From: Rhabdothermincola salaria
GTDB lineage: Bacteria > Actinomycetota > Acidimicrobiia > Acidimicrobiales > Acidimicrobilacustridaceae
Direction of reading: 5' to 3'
Length of the DNA: 64,000 nt
Assembly: GCF_021246445.1 (NCBI RefSeq)
Contig: NZ_JAJQXW010000003.1
Span: forward strand, 62,001 to 126,000
Each line of letters opens with the position of its first letter. The first letter of the stretch is position 1. This document shows positions 51,134-61,014 of the stretch, piece by piece. The notes beneath the pieces are model-generated. The model was not told the origin of the DNA. It saw nothing but the letters and a program-made list of their open reading frames with translations, and ran no database searches. The translations under genes and the position numbers were made by a program.

Positions 51134-51284
51134 CCTCGACCTCAGTCCTCGCAGCAAATGAGACGCACCGCATGGAGCGTCACGGCGCTCGGCTGGGCCG
51201 AGCGGCCATCTATCCTCGCGCAGGCCGGCGGGTCCGTACGAACGGACCGCTTCGCGATGGCAGTCTCAGCCCCCCGAGCGGGGC

Positions 51285-52619
51285 CTAACCGACGCTATCG
51301 GCCTCGCTGGTGGCTTCCTCCGCCGGAGCCTCGACACCGGCCTCGTCGGCCCCGTCACCGGCCTCGCCGGCGGGCGCGACGGCGTCGGCGGCTTCGGGCT
51401 CGTCGGGGGTCTCGGGCTCGCCGACGGCCTCCGCGGTCGTGTCGGTGGCCTCCGGCGCCTCGGCCTCGTCGCCGGCCTCGGCCGCGGCCTCGGCGGCCGC
51501 GTCCTCGGCCGAGCGCTGGGCGTAGGCCTCGGCCGAGAGCACCTCGCCGCCTTCGGCCGGCTGCCACACCTGCTCGCCGGTCTCGGGGTCGACGACCCAC
51601 TCGCCCTCGGCCCAGTCCTGGTCGGCGTAGGCCTCTTCCTCGGCCAGCTGCGTCTCGCTCTTGATGTCGACGCGCCAGCCGGTGAGGCGGGCAGCCAGGC
51701 GGGCGTTCTGGCCCTCCTTGCCGATGGCCAGCGACAGCTGGTAGTCGGGCACGATGACCTCGGCGGTGCCGGTGTCCTCGTGGATCCGCACCTCCTTGAC
51801 CTTGGCCGGCGAGAGGGCCTTCATGACGAAGTCGGCCGGGTCGTCGGAGAAGGGGACGATGTCGATCTTCTCGCCCCGCAGCTCGTTGACGACCATGCGC
51901 ACGCGGGCGCCGCGAGCGCCGACGCAGGCCCCGACGGGATCGACGTTGGCGTCGTTGGACCACACGGCGATCTTGGTGCGTGCCCCTGGCTCACGGGCGC
52001 AGGCCTTGATCTCCACCACGCCGTCGGCGATCTCGGGGACCTCGAGCTCGAAGAGCCGCTTGATGAGCCCCGGGTGGGTGCGGCTGGTGACGATCTGGGG
52101 GCCCTTGGCCGTCTTGCGCACCTCGACGATGTAGGCCTTGACCCGGCTGCCGGGCTCGGGGCGCTCGTAGGGCACCTGCTCGGCCTGGGGCATGAGCGCC
52201 TCGACGCGTCCGAGGTCGAGCAGGGTGTAGCGGGCATCGGTCTGTTGGATGATGCCGGTGACGATGTCGCCCTCGCGGCCGGCGTACTCCTCGTACTTCA
52301 TCTCCCGCTCGGCCTCGCGGATGCGCTGGCTCATGACCTGCTTCATGGTCTGGGCCGCGACCCGGCCCCACACCTCGGGCGGCGGGGTGACGTCGAACTC
52401 GGTGCCCACGGGCACGCCGTCCTCGTCGAGCTCCTGGGCCATGACCCGGATCTCGCCGGAGTCGGGGTCGATGACCACCCAGGCGTACTCCTGGGCGTCG
52501 GGAAGGCGCTTGTAGGCGGACTCGAAGGCGTCGGCGAGCGCGCCGAAGAGGGTGTCGACCGAGATGCCCCGGTCGGTGGCGAGGGCCTGGAGGGCCTCCA
52601 TGAGGTCGGGGTTGTTCAT
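51285..52619 (-). CDS. nusA: Transcription factor NusA
   Basis: [42 protein letters not shown]; acidic tail. Confidence 0.98.
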   Translation of the reverse strand: MNNPDLMEALQALATDRGISVDTLFGALADAFESAYKRLPDAQEYAWVVIDPDSGEIRVMAQELDEDGVPVGTEFDVTPPPEVWGRVAAQTMKQVMSQRIREAEREMKYEEYAGREGDIVTGIIQQTDARYTLLDLGRVEALMPQAEQVPYERPEPGSRVKAYIVEVRKTAKGPQIVTSRTHPGLIKRLFELEVPEIADGVVEIKACAREPGARTKIAVWSNDANVDPVGACVGARGARVRMVVNELRGEKIDIVPFSDDPADFVMKALSPAKVKEVRIHEDTGTAEVIVPDYQLSLAIGKEGQNARLAARLTGWRVDIKSETQLAEEEAYADQDWAEGEWVVDPETGEQVWQPAEGGEVLSAEAYAQRSAEDAAAEAAAEAGDEAEAPEATDTTAEAVGEPETPDEPEAADAVAPAGEAGDGADEAGVEAPAEEATSEADSVG

Positions 52620-53236
52620 CACTCCGGGACCGTCTCCTGCGTGGTGGATGAGGTGGACGTCGGCGACGACGATCCACGGGACTTCGCCTTGGCCGCCTTG
52701 GCGGCCTTCTTGCCCTTGCCCGACGTGGCCTGGGGGGCGGCTTTGGTGTTCTTGGGGCCCTTGGGACCACCGGGCTTGGGGGCGGGGCCCCAGTCGAAGA
52801 CCGTGCGGGCCTTCTCGATGTCGGGGTAGTCGAGGCGGATCTGCTCGCCCGCCGGCTCGTCGAGGGCGACGACGACGCCCGTGGCGTCGGCCGAGGCCAG
52901 GGTGCCGGCGAAGCGCCGGCCGCGGGCGAAGCCGGGGACCGTCTTCACCGAGACCTGGCGGCCCACGGCCCAGGCGTAGTGCCCGGGGGTGCGTAGCGTG
53001 CGCTCGAGGCCGGGGCTCGACACCTCGAGGGTGTACTGCCCGTTGATGGGGTCGTGCTCGTCGAGGGCCCGCGACAGCGCCCGGGTGACCGAGGCGATGG
53101 CCTGCATGTCGAGGCCACCGGGACGGTCGACGGTGACCCGGAGGACGGGCCCGGCCTGCTCGAGGTCGAACAGCTCCACGTCCTCCGCGGCCACGACGGG
53201 CTCCACGACGGCACGCACCCTCTCGGACACGCTCAT
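52619..53236 (-). CDS. rimP: Ribosome maturation factor RimP
   Basis: LRVTVDRPGG, YTLEVSSPGLERTL; directly upstream of nusA. Confidence 0.96.
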   Translation of the reverse strand: MSVSERVRAVVEPVVAAEDVELFDLEQAGPVLRVTVDRPGGLDMQAIASVTRALSRALDEHDPINGQYTLEVSSPGLERTLRTPGHYAWAVGRQVSVKTVPGFARGRRFAGTLASADATGVVVALDEPAGEQIRLDYPDIEKARTVFDWGPAPKPGGPKGPKNTKAAPQATSGKGKKAAKAAKAKSRGSSSPTSTSSTTQETVPE

Positions 53237-53293
53237 GGCTCGACCTCCTCTCGACTGCTCGACGACGGGATGCGACCGGGGCCCCGAACGAGA

Positions 53294-53320
53294 GAAGGCG
53301 TGGGCAGCGCCCACGCCTTC
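53294..53320 (-). promoter_or_regulatory. rimP-nusA leader hairpin (possible attenuator)
   Basis: GAAGGCGTGGGC-N3-GCCCACGCCTTC perfect stem followed by TCTCGTT; upstream -10 TATACT at 53350-53355. Confidence 0.7.
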
Positions 53321-53401
53321 GGTCGGAGAAACGATCGAATGCAGCGCCCAGTATAGCCCCCGAGCCCGGTGACGACCCCGTCGGTGAGGTGGTGCGGCGC
53401 C

Positions 53402-54814
53402 TCAGTAGGCCCGGGCGACGATGGCCACGGCGTCGGGATCGTCGTCGGTGCGGGGCAGGCTGCCATCGGGCATCACCAGACACCGAACCGTGACGCCCTG
53501 CTGGGCCAGCTCCCCTTCGCCGTCGGTGCCGAGGGCCGACCACGCGATGCGTGCCCAACCGGTGGCGGCCGCCTCGGCGGCCTCGGCGATGGTGGACACC
53601 TCGGCGGTGTGGGCGTCGCGGCGCTCGATGGCCTCGGCCAGCAGCGTGGCCTGGCCCTCGTCGAGGGCGGCACGCACGCCGGCGACGATGCCGTCGAGCG
53701 GCGTGGCGTCCTTGGTACCGGAGATGCGCCGGGCCACGGTGACCACGCCCTCGGCCAGGTCGCGGGGGCCCAACTCGAGTCGGACGGGCACGCCCTTGAG
53801 CTCCCAGTCGGTGGCCCGGCGCCCCATCGAGGTCTCGACGCGCACGTCGAGCTCGACCCGCAGCCCGGCATCGGTGAGCTCGGCGGCCAGCGCCCGGCAG
53901 CGCTCGACGACGGCGTCGTCGTCGCGCACAGCCAGGACCACGACCTGCACGGGCGCCAACGCCGGCGGCACGCGCAGGCCGGCGTCGTCGCCGTGGCCCA
54001 TGATCAGGCCGCCCACCATGCGGGTGGACACCCCCCAGGAGGTGGTCCAGGCCAGCTGCTGGGTGCCCTCGGCGTCGAGGTAGGCGATGTCGAAGGCCTT
54101 GGCGAAGTTCTGGCCGAGCTCGTGGCTGGTCCCCATCTGCAGCGCCTTGCCGTCGCCCATCATGGCCTCGCACGTCATGGTGTTGGTGGCCCCGGCGAAG
54201 CGCTCCTTCTTGGTCTTGCGCCCGACTACGACCGGCAGGGCGAGCACGTCGCGCATGAAGCCTTCGTAGACGTCGTGCAGGATGCGTTCGGCGTAGGCCC
54301 GGCCGTCGTCCTCGCTGACGTGGGCGGTGTGGCCCTCCTGCCAGAGGAATTCGCTGGTGCGCAGGAACACGCGGGGGCGCAGCTCCCAGCGCACCACGTT
54401 GGCCCACTGGTTGAGCAACAGGGGCAGGTCGCGGTAGCTCTGCACCCACTTGGCCATGAACTCGCCGATGACCGTCTCGGAGGTGGGGCGGACCACGACG
54501 GGCTCGTCGAGGTCCTTGCCCCCGGCGTGGGTGACCACCGCCAGTTCGGGGCTGAAGCCCTCGACGTGCTCGGCCTCGCGGGTGAGGTAGCTCTCGGGGA
54601 TGAACAGCGGGAAGTAGGCGTTCTTGGCCCCGGCGGCCTTGATGCGCCGGTCGACCTCGGCCTGCATCTGCTCCCAGATGGCGTAGCCGTAGGGGCGGAT
54701 GACCATGGTGCCGCGCACGGGACCGTTGTCGGCCAGCTCCGCCTTGGCGACGACGTCTTGGTACCAGCGAGGGAAGTCCTCGGCCTGGGGGGTGAGCACA
54801 GGTGCCTTGGCCAT
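53402..54814 (-). CDS. proS: Proline--tRNA ligase, archaeal/eukaryote-like type
   Basis: DFPRWYQDV, RPTSET, QWANVVRWE, FLRTSEFLWQEGHT, ERFAGA, TSWGVSTR, C-terminal ARAY; no INS editing domain. Confidence 0.97.
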   Translation of the reverse strand: MAKAPVLTPQAEDFPRWYQDVVAKAELADNGPVRGTMVIRPYGYAIWEQMQAEVDRRIKAAGAKNAYFPLFIPESYLTREAEHVEGFSPELAVVTHAGGKDLDEPVVVRPTSETVIGEFMAKWVQSYRDLPLLLNQWANVVRWELRPRVFLRTSEFLWQEGHTAHVSEDDGRAYAERILHDVYEGFMRDVLALPVVVGRKTKKERFAGATNTMTCEAMMGDGKALQMGTSHELGQNFAKAFDIAYLDAEGTQQLAWTTSWGVSTRMVGGLIMGHGDDAGLRVPPALAPVQVVVLAVRDDDAVVERCRALAAELTDAGLRVELDVRVETSMGRRATDWELKGVPVRLELGPRDLAEGVVTVARRISGTKDATPLDGIVAGVRAALDEGQATLLAEAIERRDAHTAEVSTIAEAAEAAATGWARIAWSALGTDGEGELAQQGVTVRCLVMPDGSLPRTDDDPDAVAIVARAY

Positions 54815-54852
54815 AGGGCGCCGATGCTACGACAGGGTGACCCGGGCCCCTT

Positions 54853-56160
54853 TCAGGGGTTCGGGCGATCGGGCCCGTCGCCCCCGCGGCCGTCGTCCCG
54901 GTCGGCGTCGGGCGGGGCGGCCGAACCGGGGTCCTCGAGGCGGCGGATCTCGGTGATGCGCTCGCCGGCGTGGTTCACGTCGTCGCCCTTGTCGTCGAGC
55001 AGCTTGGCCCGGTCGGCTTCGGCCTCGGCCGCGGCGCTGTCGTCCTTGCGGCGCAACGCCTCTTCCACGCCGCCTTCGGCGATGATGCCGGCCCATTCGA
55101 CCAGGGCCTCGACCATCCCGGCCTCGGGCACGACCTTGACGACCTCGCCCTTGACGAACAGGTGCCCCCGCTTGCGACCGGCGGCGATGCCGAGGTCGGC
55201 TTCGCGGGCTTCGCCCGGACCGTTGACCACGCAGCCCATGACCGCCACCTGGATGGGGATGTTCATGCCGTCGAGGGCGGCCTGGGCCTTCTCGGCCACC
55301 TCGATGACGTCGACCTCGGCCCGGCCGCACGACGGGCAGGCAATGAGGTCGAGGCCCCGGCGCTCGCGCAGCCCGAGGCTCTCGAGCAGCCAACGCCCGG
55401 CCCGGACTTCCTCGACCGGGTCGGCGGTGAGCGAGTAGCGGATGGTGTCGCCGATGCCCTCGGCCAGCAGGGTGGCCATGCCGGCGGTGGCCTTGACCAG
55501 CCCCGCCGGGGGCGGACCGGCCTCGGTGACCCCGAGGTGCAGGGGGAAGTCGACCGTGTCGGCCAGCAGCCGGTAGGCGTCGATCATGAGGGCCACGTTG
55601 GAGGCCTTCACCGAGATCTTGACGTCGTCGAAGCCGACCTCCTCGAAGTAGGCCAACTCGCGCTGGGCGGACTCGACCATGGCCTCGGCCGTGACCCGGC
55701 CGCCGTACTTCTCGTAGAGCTCGGGGTCGAGCGACCCGCCGTTGACCCCGATGCGGATGGGGAGGCCTCGGTCCTTGGCCTCGGCCGCGACGGTCTTGAT
55801 GTGCTCGGGCCGTCGGATGTTGCCGGGGTTCAGACGCAGGCCCTGGACGCCGGCCTCCATGGCCTCGAGCGCGCGGCGGTACTGGTGGTGGATGTCGGCG
55901 ATGATGGGCAACGGCGAACGCGGCACGATCTGGGCCAGGCCCTCGGCCGCCTCGACCTCGTTGCACGTGCAGCGCACGATGTCGCATCCGGCGCCGGCGA
56001 GGGCGTAGATCTGCTGCAAGGTGCCCTCGACGTCGGCGGTCTTGGTGGTGGTCATCGACTGCACCGTGATCGGGGCACCACCGCCGACGGGGACCTTGCC
56101 CACGTGGAGCTGCCGGGTGCGCCGTCGCTCGTACCGGGTCTGGGGGGAGAGGTCGCTCAC
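54853..56160 (-). CDS. ispG: HMBPP synthase
   Basis: VQSMT, ADIH, RLNPGN, IGVNGGSL, HLGVTEAG, GIGDTIR, CPSCGR, MGCVVNGPGE. Confidence 0.98.
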   Translation of the reverse strand: MSDLSPQTRYERRRTRQLHVGKVPVGGGAPITVQSMTTTKTADVEGTLQQIYALAGAGCDIVRCTCNEVEAAEGLAQIVPRSPLPIIADIHHQYRRALEAMEAGVQGLRLNPGNIRRPEHIKTVAAEAKDRGLPIRIGVNGGSLDPELYEKYGGRVTAEAMVESAQRELAYFEEVGFDDVKISVKASNVALMIDAYRLLADTVDFPLHLGVTEAGPPPAGLVKATAGMATLLAEGIGDTIRYSLTADPVEEVRAGRWLLESLGLRERRGLDLIACPSCGRAEVDVIEVAEKAQAALDGMNIPIQVAVMGCVVNGPGEAREADLGIAAGRKRGHLFVKGEVVKVVPEAGMVEALVEWAGIIAEGGVEEALRRKDDSAAAEAEADRAKLLDDKGDDVNHAGERITEIRRLEDPGSAAPPDADRDDGRGGDGPDRPNP

Positions 56161-56170
56161 GGCACCGACC

Positions 56171-57793
56171 CTACGGGCCGAACGGGTTCTCGGCGGGGTT
56201 CACGATGTCGAGGTACAGCGACGACAAGCCGAGCCCGATGAAGAGGAACACCACCACGTAGGTGACCGGCATCAGCTTGGCCATGTCGGCGCGGTAGGGG
56301 CGCCCGGCGATGCGGCTGCGGATGCCCTCGTAGATGGCGACCGTGGCGTGCCCGCCGTCGAAGGGCAACAACGGCAGCAGGTTGATGAGGCCGAGGAAGA
56401 TGTTGACGGTGATGAGCAGGAAGAGGAACGTGACCGCTCCCCCACCGTCGGCCGCCTGGGATCCCAGGCGGATGACCCCCAGGATCGACAGCACCCGATC
56501 CTCGTCGCCCGCCGAGGAGGACGACACGGCTTCGGGGGCCGGCGCATCGGGGTCGAGGGGGGTGAGCTCGGCCGTGGAGGCGGGCGAGGCCGGCGACTCC
56601 TCCGCGGTGAAGAGGTCGGCGTAGCGACTGAGGCCCTCGGGGGAGAAGAACCGGCCGAGACCCTGCACGGAGGCGACGGTGATCTCACCGAAGGTGCTTG
56701 CCGCGTCGCCGCTGGCGGCCACGACGTTCTCGCGCACCCGGGGGCTCTCGGGGCCCACCCCGAGCAGACCCCGATCGCCGTCGTCGGGCAGGGTGACCGG
56801 AGCCTCGACCTCGGCGGCGTACAGGAAGCCGTCGCGGTCGAACTCCACGCGCACGGGACCGTCGGCGGCCGCCAGGGCGGCGCGGAGCTCGCCGTAGTCG
56901 GCGACCTCGGTGTCGCCCACCCGGGTGACCATGTCGCCGCTCTGGAGCTGCCCGAGAGCCGCCGCGCCGGGGGCGGTGAGCTCCCAACCGATGTCGGCGG
57001 TGAGCGGCACGAGCTCGCCATCGCGCTCGACCACCAGGGTGACCTCGGAGCCGGCGCTCGGACGCACGAGGGAGCCGAACTCGTCGAAGTCGCCCACGGG
57101 TCGGCCGTCGAACTCGACGATGCGGTCGCCCTCCTGGACCCCGGCGACGGCTGCGGCGGACCCCTCGAGCACTCGGCTCACCTGCCACTGGTCGGGCTGG
57201 GGGGCGCCGAAGCCGGCGAAGATCACGACCAGCAGCAGCAGGCCGATGAGCAGGTTCATGGCCGGCCCGGCCAACACCACCGGCAGTCGCTTGAGGAAGG
57301 GCTTGTTGCGGTAGGTGCGCTCCTCGTCGGCCGGGTCGACCTCCTCGAGGGCGTGCATCCCGATGATGCGCACGTAGGCCCCCGCCGGGATCGCCTTGAG
57401 GCCGTACTCGGTCTCGCCTCGGTGGAACGACCAGATGCGCGGGCCGAAGCCGATGAAGAACTCGGTGACCTTCATGCCCGCCCACTTGGCCACCAGGTAG
57501 TGGCCCATCTCGTGGAGGAACACCGACACCACGATGGCCAGCACCATCAACAGCACGGGCCAGCCGGCGAAGAGGCCGAGGGCGACGACCGAGGCGATCA
57601 GCATCCCGAGGCGGACCCGGTGGTCGGCGAGGGGCGACGGCCCGGCGGCAGGGTCGGAACCCGGGTCGCCCTGACCGCCAGGGCCACCCTCGCCCCCGGG
57701 CGGCGGTGGCGGGTCGGCCGGTCGGCCGTGCTGGGGCCAGGGTCGGGGATCGGTCCCCGCGTCGGGGGCCGAGGGGCGGAGGGTGTCGCTCAC
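56171..57793 (-). CDS. rseP: RIP metalloprotease RseP (M50) with PDZ domains
   Basis: HEMGH, FFIGFGP, AGAYVRI, AGPAMN, NLLPLLPFDGGH; dxr-rseP-ispG context. Confidence 0.93.
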   Translation of the reverse strand: MSDTLRPSAPDAGTDPRPWPQHGRPADPPPPPGGEGGPGGQGDPGSDPAAGPSPLADHRVRLGMLIASVVALGLFAGWPVLLMVLAIVVSVFLHEMGHYLVAKWAGMKVTEFFIGFGPRIWSFHRGETEYGLKAIPAGAYVRIIGMHALEEVDPADEERTYRNKPFLKRLPVVLAGPAMNLLIGLLLLVVIFAGFGAPQPDQWQVSRVLEGSAAAVAGVQEGDRIVEFDGRPVGDFDEFGSLVRPSAGSEVTLVVERDGELVPLTADIGWELTAPGAAALGQLQSGDMVTRVGDTEVADYGELRAALAAADGPVRVEFDRDGFLYAAEVEAPVTLPDDGDRGLLGVGPESPRVRENVVAASGDAASTFGEITVASVQGLGRFFSPEGLSRYADLFTAEESPASPASTAELTPLDPDAPAPEAVSSSSAGDEDRVLSILGVIRLGSQAADGGGAVTFLFLLITVNIFLGLINLLPLLPFDGGHATVAIYEGIRSRIAGRPYRADMAKLMPVTYVVVFLFIGLGLSSLYLDIVNPAENPFGP

Positions 57794-58998
57794 GAGCGTG
57801 CTCCGGTGACGTCGAGGGGCGATCGGTCGAGCAGGTCGGTGGCCACCCGCCGGGCGGTGCGATCGGCGTCGACGACCGCGTCGGCGTCGGTGGCGGGGGC
57901 GTCGTCGTGGTGGTCGAGCGTGGACGCGATGACGGCGGCGATGTCGGCCCAGCGGATCCGTCCGGCGAGGAAGGCCTCCACGGCCACCTCGTTGGCGGCG
58001 TTGAGCCAGGCCGGGGCGGTGCCGCCCCGCCGACCGGCGGCGTAGGCCAGGTCGAGGCAGCCGAACGCGGCCCGATCGGGGGGCTCGAAGTCGAGGCGAC
58101 CGAGGGTGGTCCAGTCGATGCGACCGAACGGGGTGGCGATGCGGTCGGGCCAGGCCAGCGCATAGCCGATGGGCAGGCGCATGTCGGGGGCCGAGAGCTG
58201 GGCGATGGTCGACGCGTCGGTGAACTCCACCATGGAGTGCACGATCGACTGCGGGTGCACCACCACGTCGATCTGGTCGTAGCCCAGCCCGACGCCGGCG
58301 TCGCCCGCCGGTGCGCCGAAGAGCTCGTGGGCCTCGATGACCTCGAGACCCTTGTTCATGAGGGTGGAGGAGTCCACCGTGATCTTCGGACCCATCGACC
58401 AGGTGGGATGGGCGAGGGCCTCGTCGACGGTGACGGCCGCCAGGTCGTCGGCCGACCGACCCCGGAACGGTCCGCCGCTGGCGGTGAGCAACAGGCGCGC
58501 CACCCGGCGGGGGTCGTCGTTGGCCCGCAGGCACTGGTGCAGGGCGCCGTGCTCGCTGTCGACGGGCACCAGCTCGGCGCCGGGGGTGCGGCGGGCCTGC
58601 TGCACGACCGGCCCGGCGGCGATGAGCGACTCCTTGTTGGCCAGGGCCAGACGGCGCCCGGCCCGCAGGGTGGCCAGGGTGACGCCGAGGCCGGCGAAGC
58701 CCACCACGCCGTTGACCACCACGTCGGCATCGGCGGCCAGGCTGGCCATGGCCTCGGGACCGCCGCGGACCTCACACTGCGGCAGGGCCTCGGCGATCAC
58801 GGCTGCGGCGGACGGGTCGCTGACGGCCACGATCCGAGGCCGCACGGCCCGGGCCTGCTCGACCAGGACCTGGGGGTCGCGGCCGGTGGCCCCGATGGCG
58901 ACGACCTCGAAGCGCTCGGGTTCGGCCGCCACCACGTCGAGGGTCTGCGTGCCGATGGAACCGGTGGAGCCGGCCAGAGCGACCCGGGTGGCGGTCAT
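57790..58998 (-). CDS. dxr: 1-deoxy-D-xylulose-5-phosphate reductoisomerase
   Basis: GSTGSIG, LANKES, PVDSEH, TASGGPF, HPTWSMG, NKGLEVIEA. Confidence 0.98.
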   Translation of the reverse strand: MTATRVALAGSTGSIGTQTLDVVAAEPERFEVVAIGATGRDPQVLVEQARAVRPRIVAVSDPSAAAVIAEALPQCEVRGGPEAMASLAADADVVVNGVVGFAGLGVTLATLRAGRRLALANKESLIAAGPVVQQARRTPGAELVPVDSEHGALHQCLRANDDPRRVARLLLTASGGPFRGRSADDLAAVTVDEALAHPTWSMGPKITVDSSTLMNKGLEVIEAHELFGAPAGDAGVGLGYDQIDVVVHPQSIVHSMVEFTDASTIAQLSAPDMRLPIGYALAWPDRIATPFGRIDWTTLGRLDFEPPDRAAFGCLDLAYAAGRRGGTAPAWLNAANEVAVEAFLAGRIRWADIAAVIASTLDHHDDAPATDADAVVDADRTARRVATDLLDRSPLDVTGARS

Positions 58999-59034
58999 GG
59001 TCCGAGCCTACCGAGGGCCCGGCGCCGTGGGACC

Positions 59035-61014
59035 TCAGGCCAGGCCGAAGGCCCGCACCAGGTAGTAGGCGGTGGGCAGGACGAACAGCATGCCGTCGAA
59101 GCGGTCGAGGAGACCGCCGTGCTCGGGCAGCAACGACCCCATGTCCTTGATGCCCAGGTCCCGTTTGAACAGCGACTCCGCCAGGTCGCCGAGCGGGGCG
59201 GCCAGCGCGGTGACGAGCCCGAAGACCAGCGCCTGGCCGGCACTGAGCGGACCGACGCCGAGCACGACGGCGACGAGGAACACCGCCACCAGCGTGCCGA
59301 GGATCCCCCCCACGAGACCTTCGACGGTCTTGTGGGGCGAGGCCGCCACCAGCGGGGTGCGGCCCATGGACCGTCCGACGAAGAACCCACCCACGTCGGC
59401 CGCGACCGCGGCGATCACCGTGACGAGCAGGATCGAGACGCCCTCGACCGGGATCCGCAAGATCAGCGCGGCATAGGCACCGAGCACGCCGACCCACACG
59501 ACGCCCACCATGGTGACGCCCAGGTTGGCGGTGGGCCGCGCCCGTCCGCCCACGCCGAGCAGGTACCACAGCACCCCGACCACGAGGGACAGGAACAGCA
59601 CCAGCGGCATGGCTCCCTCGCCCCGCCAGTAGGTGGCGGCCGGGAGCACCGCCACCGCCACCAGGCCGAGCAGGGTGGCCGGTCGGAAGCCCCCGCGCTG
59701 CACGGCCTGGAAGTACTCGGCGCCGGCGAGGGCGACCACCACGGTGACCACGACCATGGCCGCCGCCGGACCGATCCAGAAGGCGATGAGGGCGACGACG
59801 GCGATGGCCACGCCGACGATGGCGGCCTGGCGGACGTTGCGCCCGGCGGGCGGCTCGTCGCCGGTGGGCTCCGGGCGCCGCCGCCGAGGGCGCGGCGCGG
59901 CGGGGTCGTCGTCGGGGGCGACGGTGTCGGCCGGAGGCGCCGGGGGGCGCGGTCGGGCCGGGCGCGGCTCGCGCGAACGGCGCGGGGCGGCCGAGGCCGC
60001 GGCCGGTGGCGGCGGAGGGAGGTCGGCGCGCGGCGTGTCCGCGCCCTCGAGGCCCAGCGCGCCGGTGATGGCGGCCTCCGCCACGTCGCCGGGATCGGGG
60101 ACGTCGACGTCGTCACGTCGTCCTCGACCTCGCCGGCCGCGCCCCCGGCCGCGTCGAGCGTCGGCCTCGGCGGCGAGGTCGACGTCGTCGAAGTTCAAGA
60201 AGGCCTCGTCGGAGGTCCGCTCGCTGGTGTCGAGGGCCCCCAGGCGGTGGTCGTCGTCGTCCTCGGGCACGTTGGCCAGGTCGGCCATGAGGTCGCCGTG
60301 GTCGGTGGTGTCGTGCTCGCCGCGCCAGCGCGTGGAGCCGGCGGCGTACTGCGACCAGCGAGCCTCCTCGTCGGGATCGCTCGGGGCCTCGTCGCCCACG
60401 ACCACACGCGGTACCTGACCGGTGGCCGGCTCGGTCCAGTGGGGCAGGAGCGACTCGCCGGTGGGTGGCCCGAGGTCGAGCACCGGTTCGGACGACTCGC
60501 CCACCACGACCCGGGTGACGTCGGACGATCCGTAGGCCGGCGGCCCGGTGAGCGGGTCGCCGTGGGGCGGGGCATCGTCGGCGGGCGGGGCCGACGGACG
60601 GGGTGCGGGCGCGGGGCGCTCGTCGCCGGAGTCCTCGGGGAACGGCGCCGCCGCCGCCGGGGCGGGCGGCTCGGGTGGCACCTGTGACTCGGGCGGGGCC
60701 GGGGGCTCGGGGCGCGGCGGGACCGATCCCTCCGCCCGCCGGGGCTCCACCGGGGCCACCCGGGGACGCTCGATGTCGCGGGCGTCGGAGGTCCCCGCGA
60801 GGGGGAACCGGATCGCCGGCTGCACGTCGTCGGGTGGCGGCGGCGGACGATCGCCGTACTTCTGGCCCTGACCACGGCGCCGGGCCACGCCTCCGCGCTC
60901 GGCCGCCTGCTCGATCTCCTCGGCGGAGATGATGCGCACGCCCTCGGCCGGGTCGGCCGTGGGGTCGGTCGTGGGTGACTCTTCGGAGCCGGGGAACCCC
61001 TCGTCGGACGTCAT
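59035..61014 (-). CDS. cdsA: Phosphatidate cytidylyltransferase with ~390-aa N-terminal extension
   Basis: C-terminal SPHKTVEG, GDLAESLFKRDLGIKDMG..LPEHGGLLDRFD; start overlaps the frr stop. Confidence 0.93.
   Translation of the reverse strand: MTSDEGFPGSEESPTTDPTADPAEGVRIISAEEIEQAAERGGVARRRGQGQKYGDRPPPPPDDVQPAIRFPLAGTSDARDIERPRVAPVEPRRAEGSVPPRPEPPAPPESQVPPEPPAPAAAAPFPEDSGDERPAPAPRPSAPPADDAPPHGDPLTGPPAYGSSDVTRVVVGESSEPVLDLGPPTGESLLPHWTEPATGQVPRVVVGDEAPSDPDEEARWSQYAAGSTRWRGEHDTTDHGDLMADLANVPEDDDDHRLGALDTSERTSDEAFLNFDDVDLAAEADARRGRGRGRRGRGRRDDVDVPDPGDVAEAAITGALGLEGADTPRADLPPPPPAAASAAPRRSREPRPARPRPPAPPADTVAPDDDPAAPRPRRRRPEPTGDEPPAGRNVRQAAIVGVAIAVVALIAFWIGPAAAMVVVTVVVALAGAEYFQAVQRGGFRPATLLGLVAVAVLPAATYWRGEGAMPLVLFLSLVVGVLWYLLGVGGRARPTANLGVTMVGVVWVGVLGAYAALILRIPVEGVSILLVTVIAAVAADVGGFFVGRSMGRTPLVAASPHKTVEGLVGGILGTLVAVFLVAVVLGVGPLSAGQALVFGLVTALAAPLGDLAESLFKRDLGIKDMGSLLPEHGGLLDRFDGMLFVLPTAYYLVRAFGLA

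Noticed and set aside
51285..54449. Apparent fusions in the ORF track (1054-aa NusA; also 725-aa diiron, 618-aa S15, 825-aa ligase, 787-aa RseP)
   Set aside because: The upstream parts are off-frame read-through of neighbouring genes; true starts lie internally
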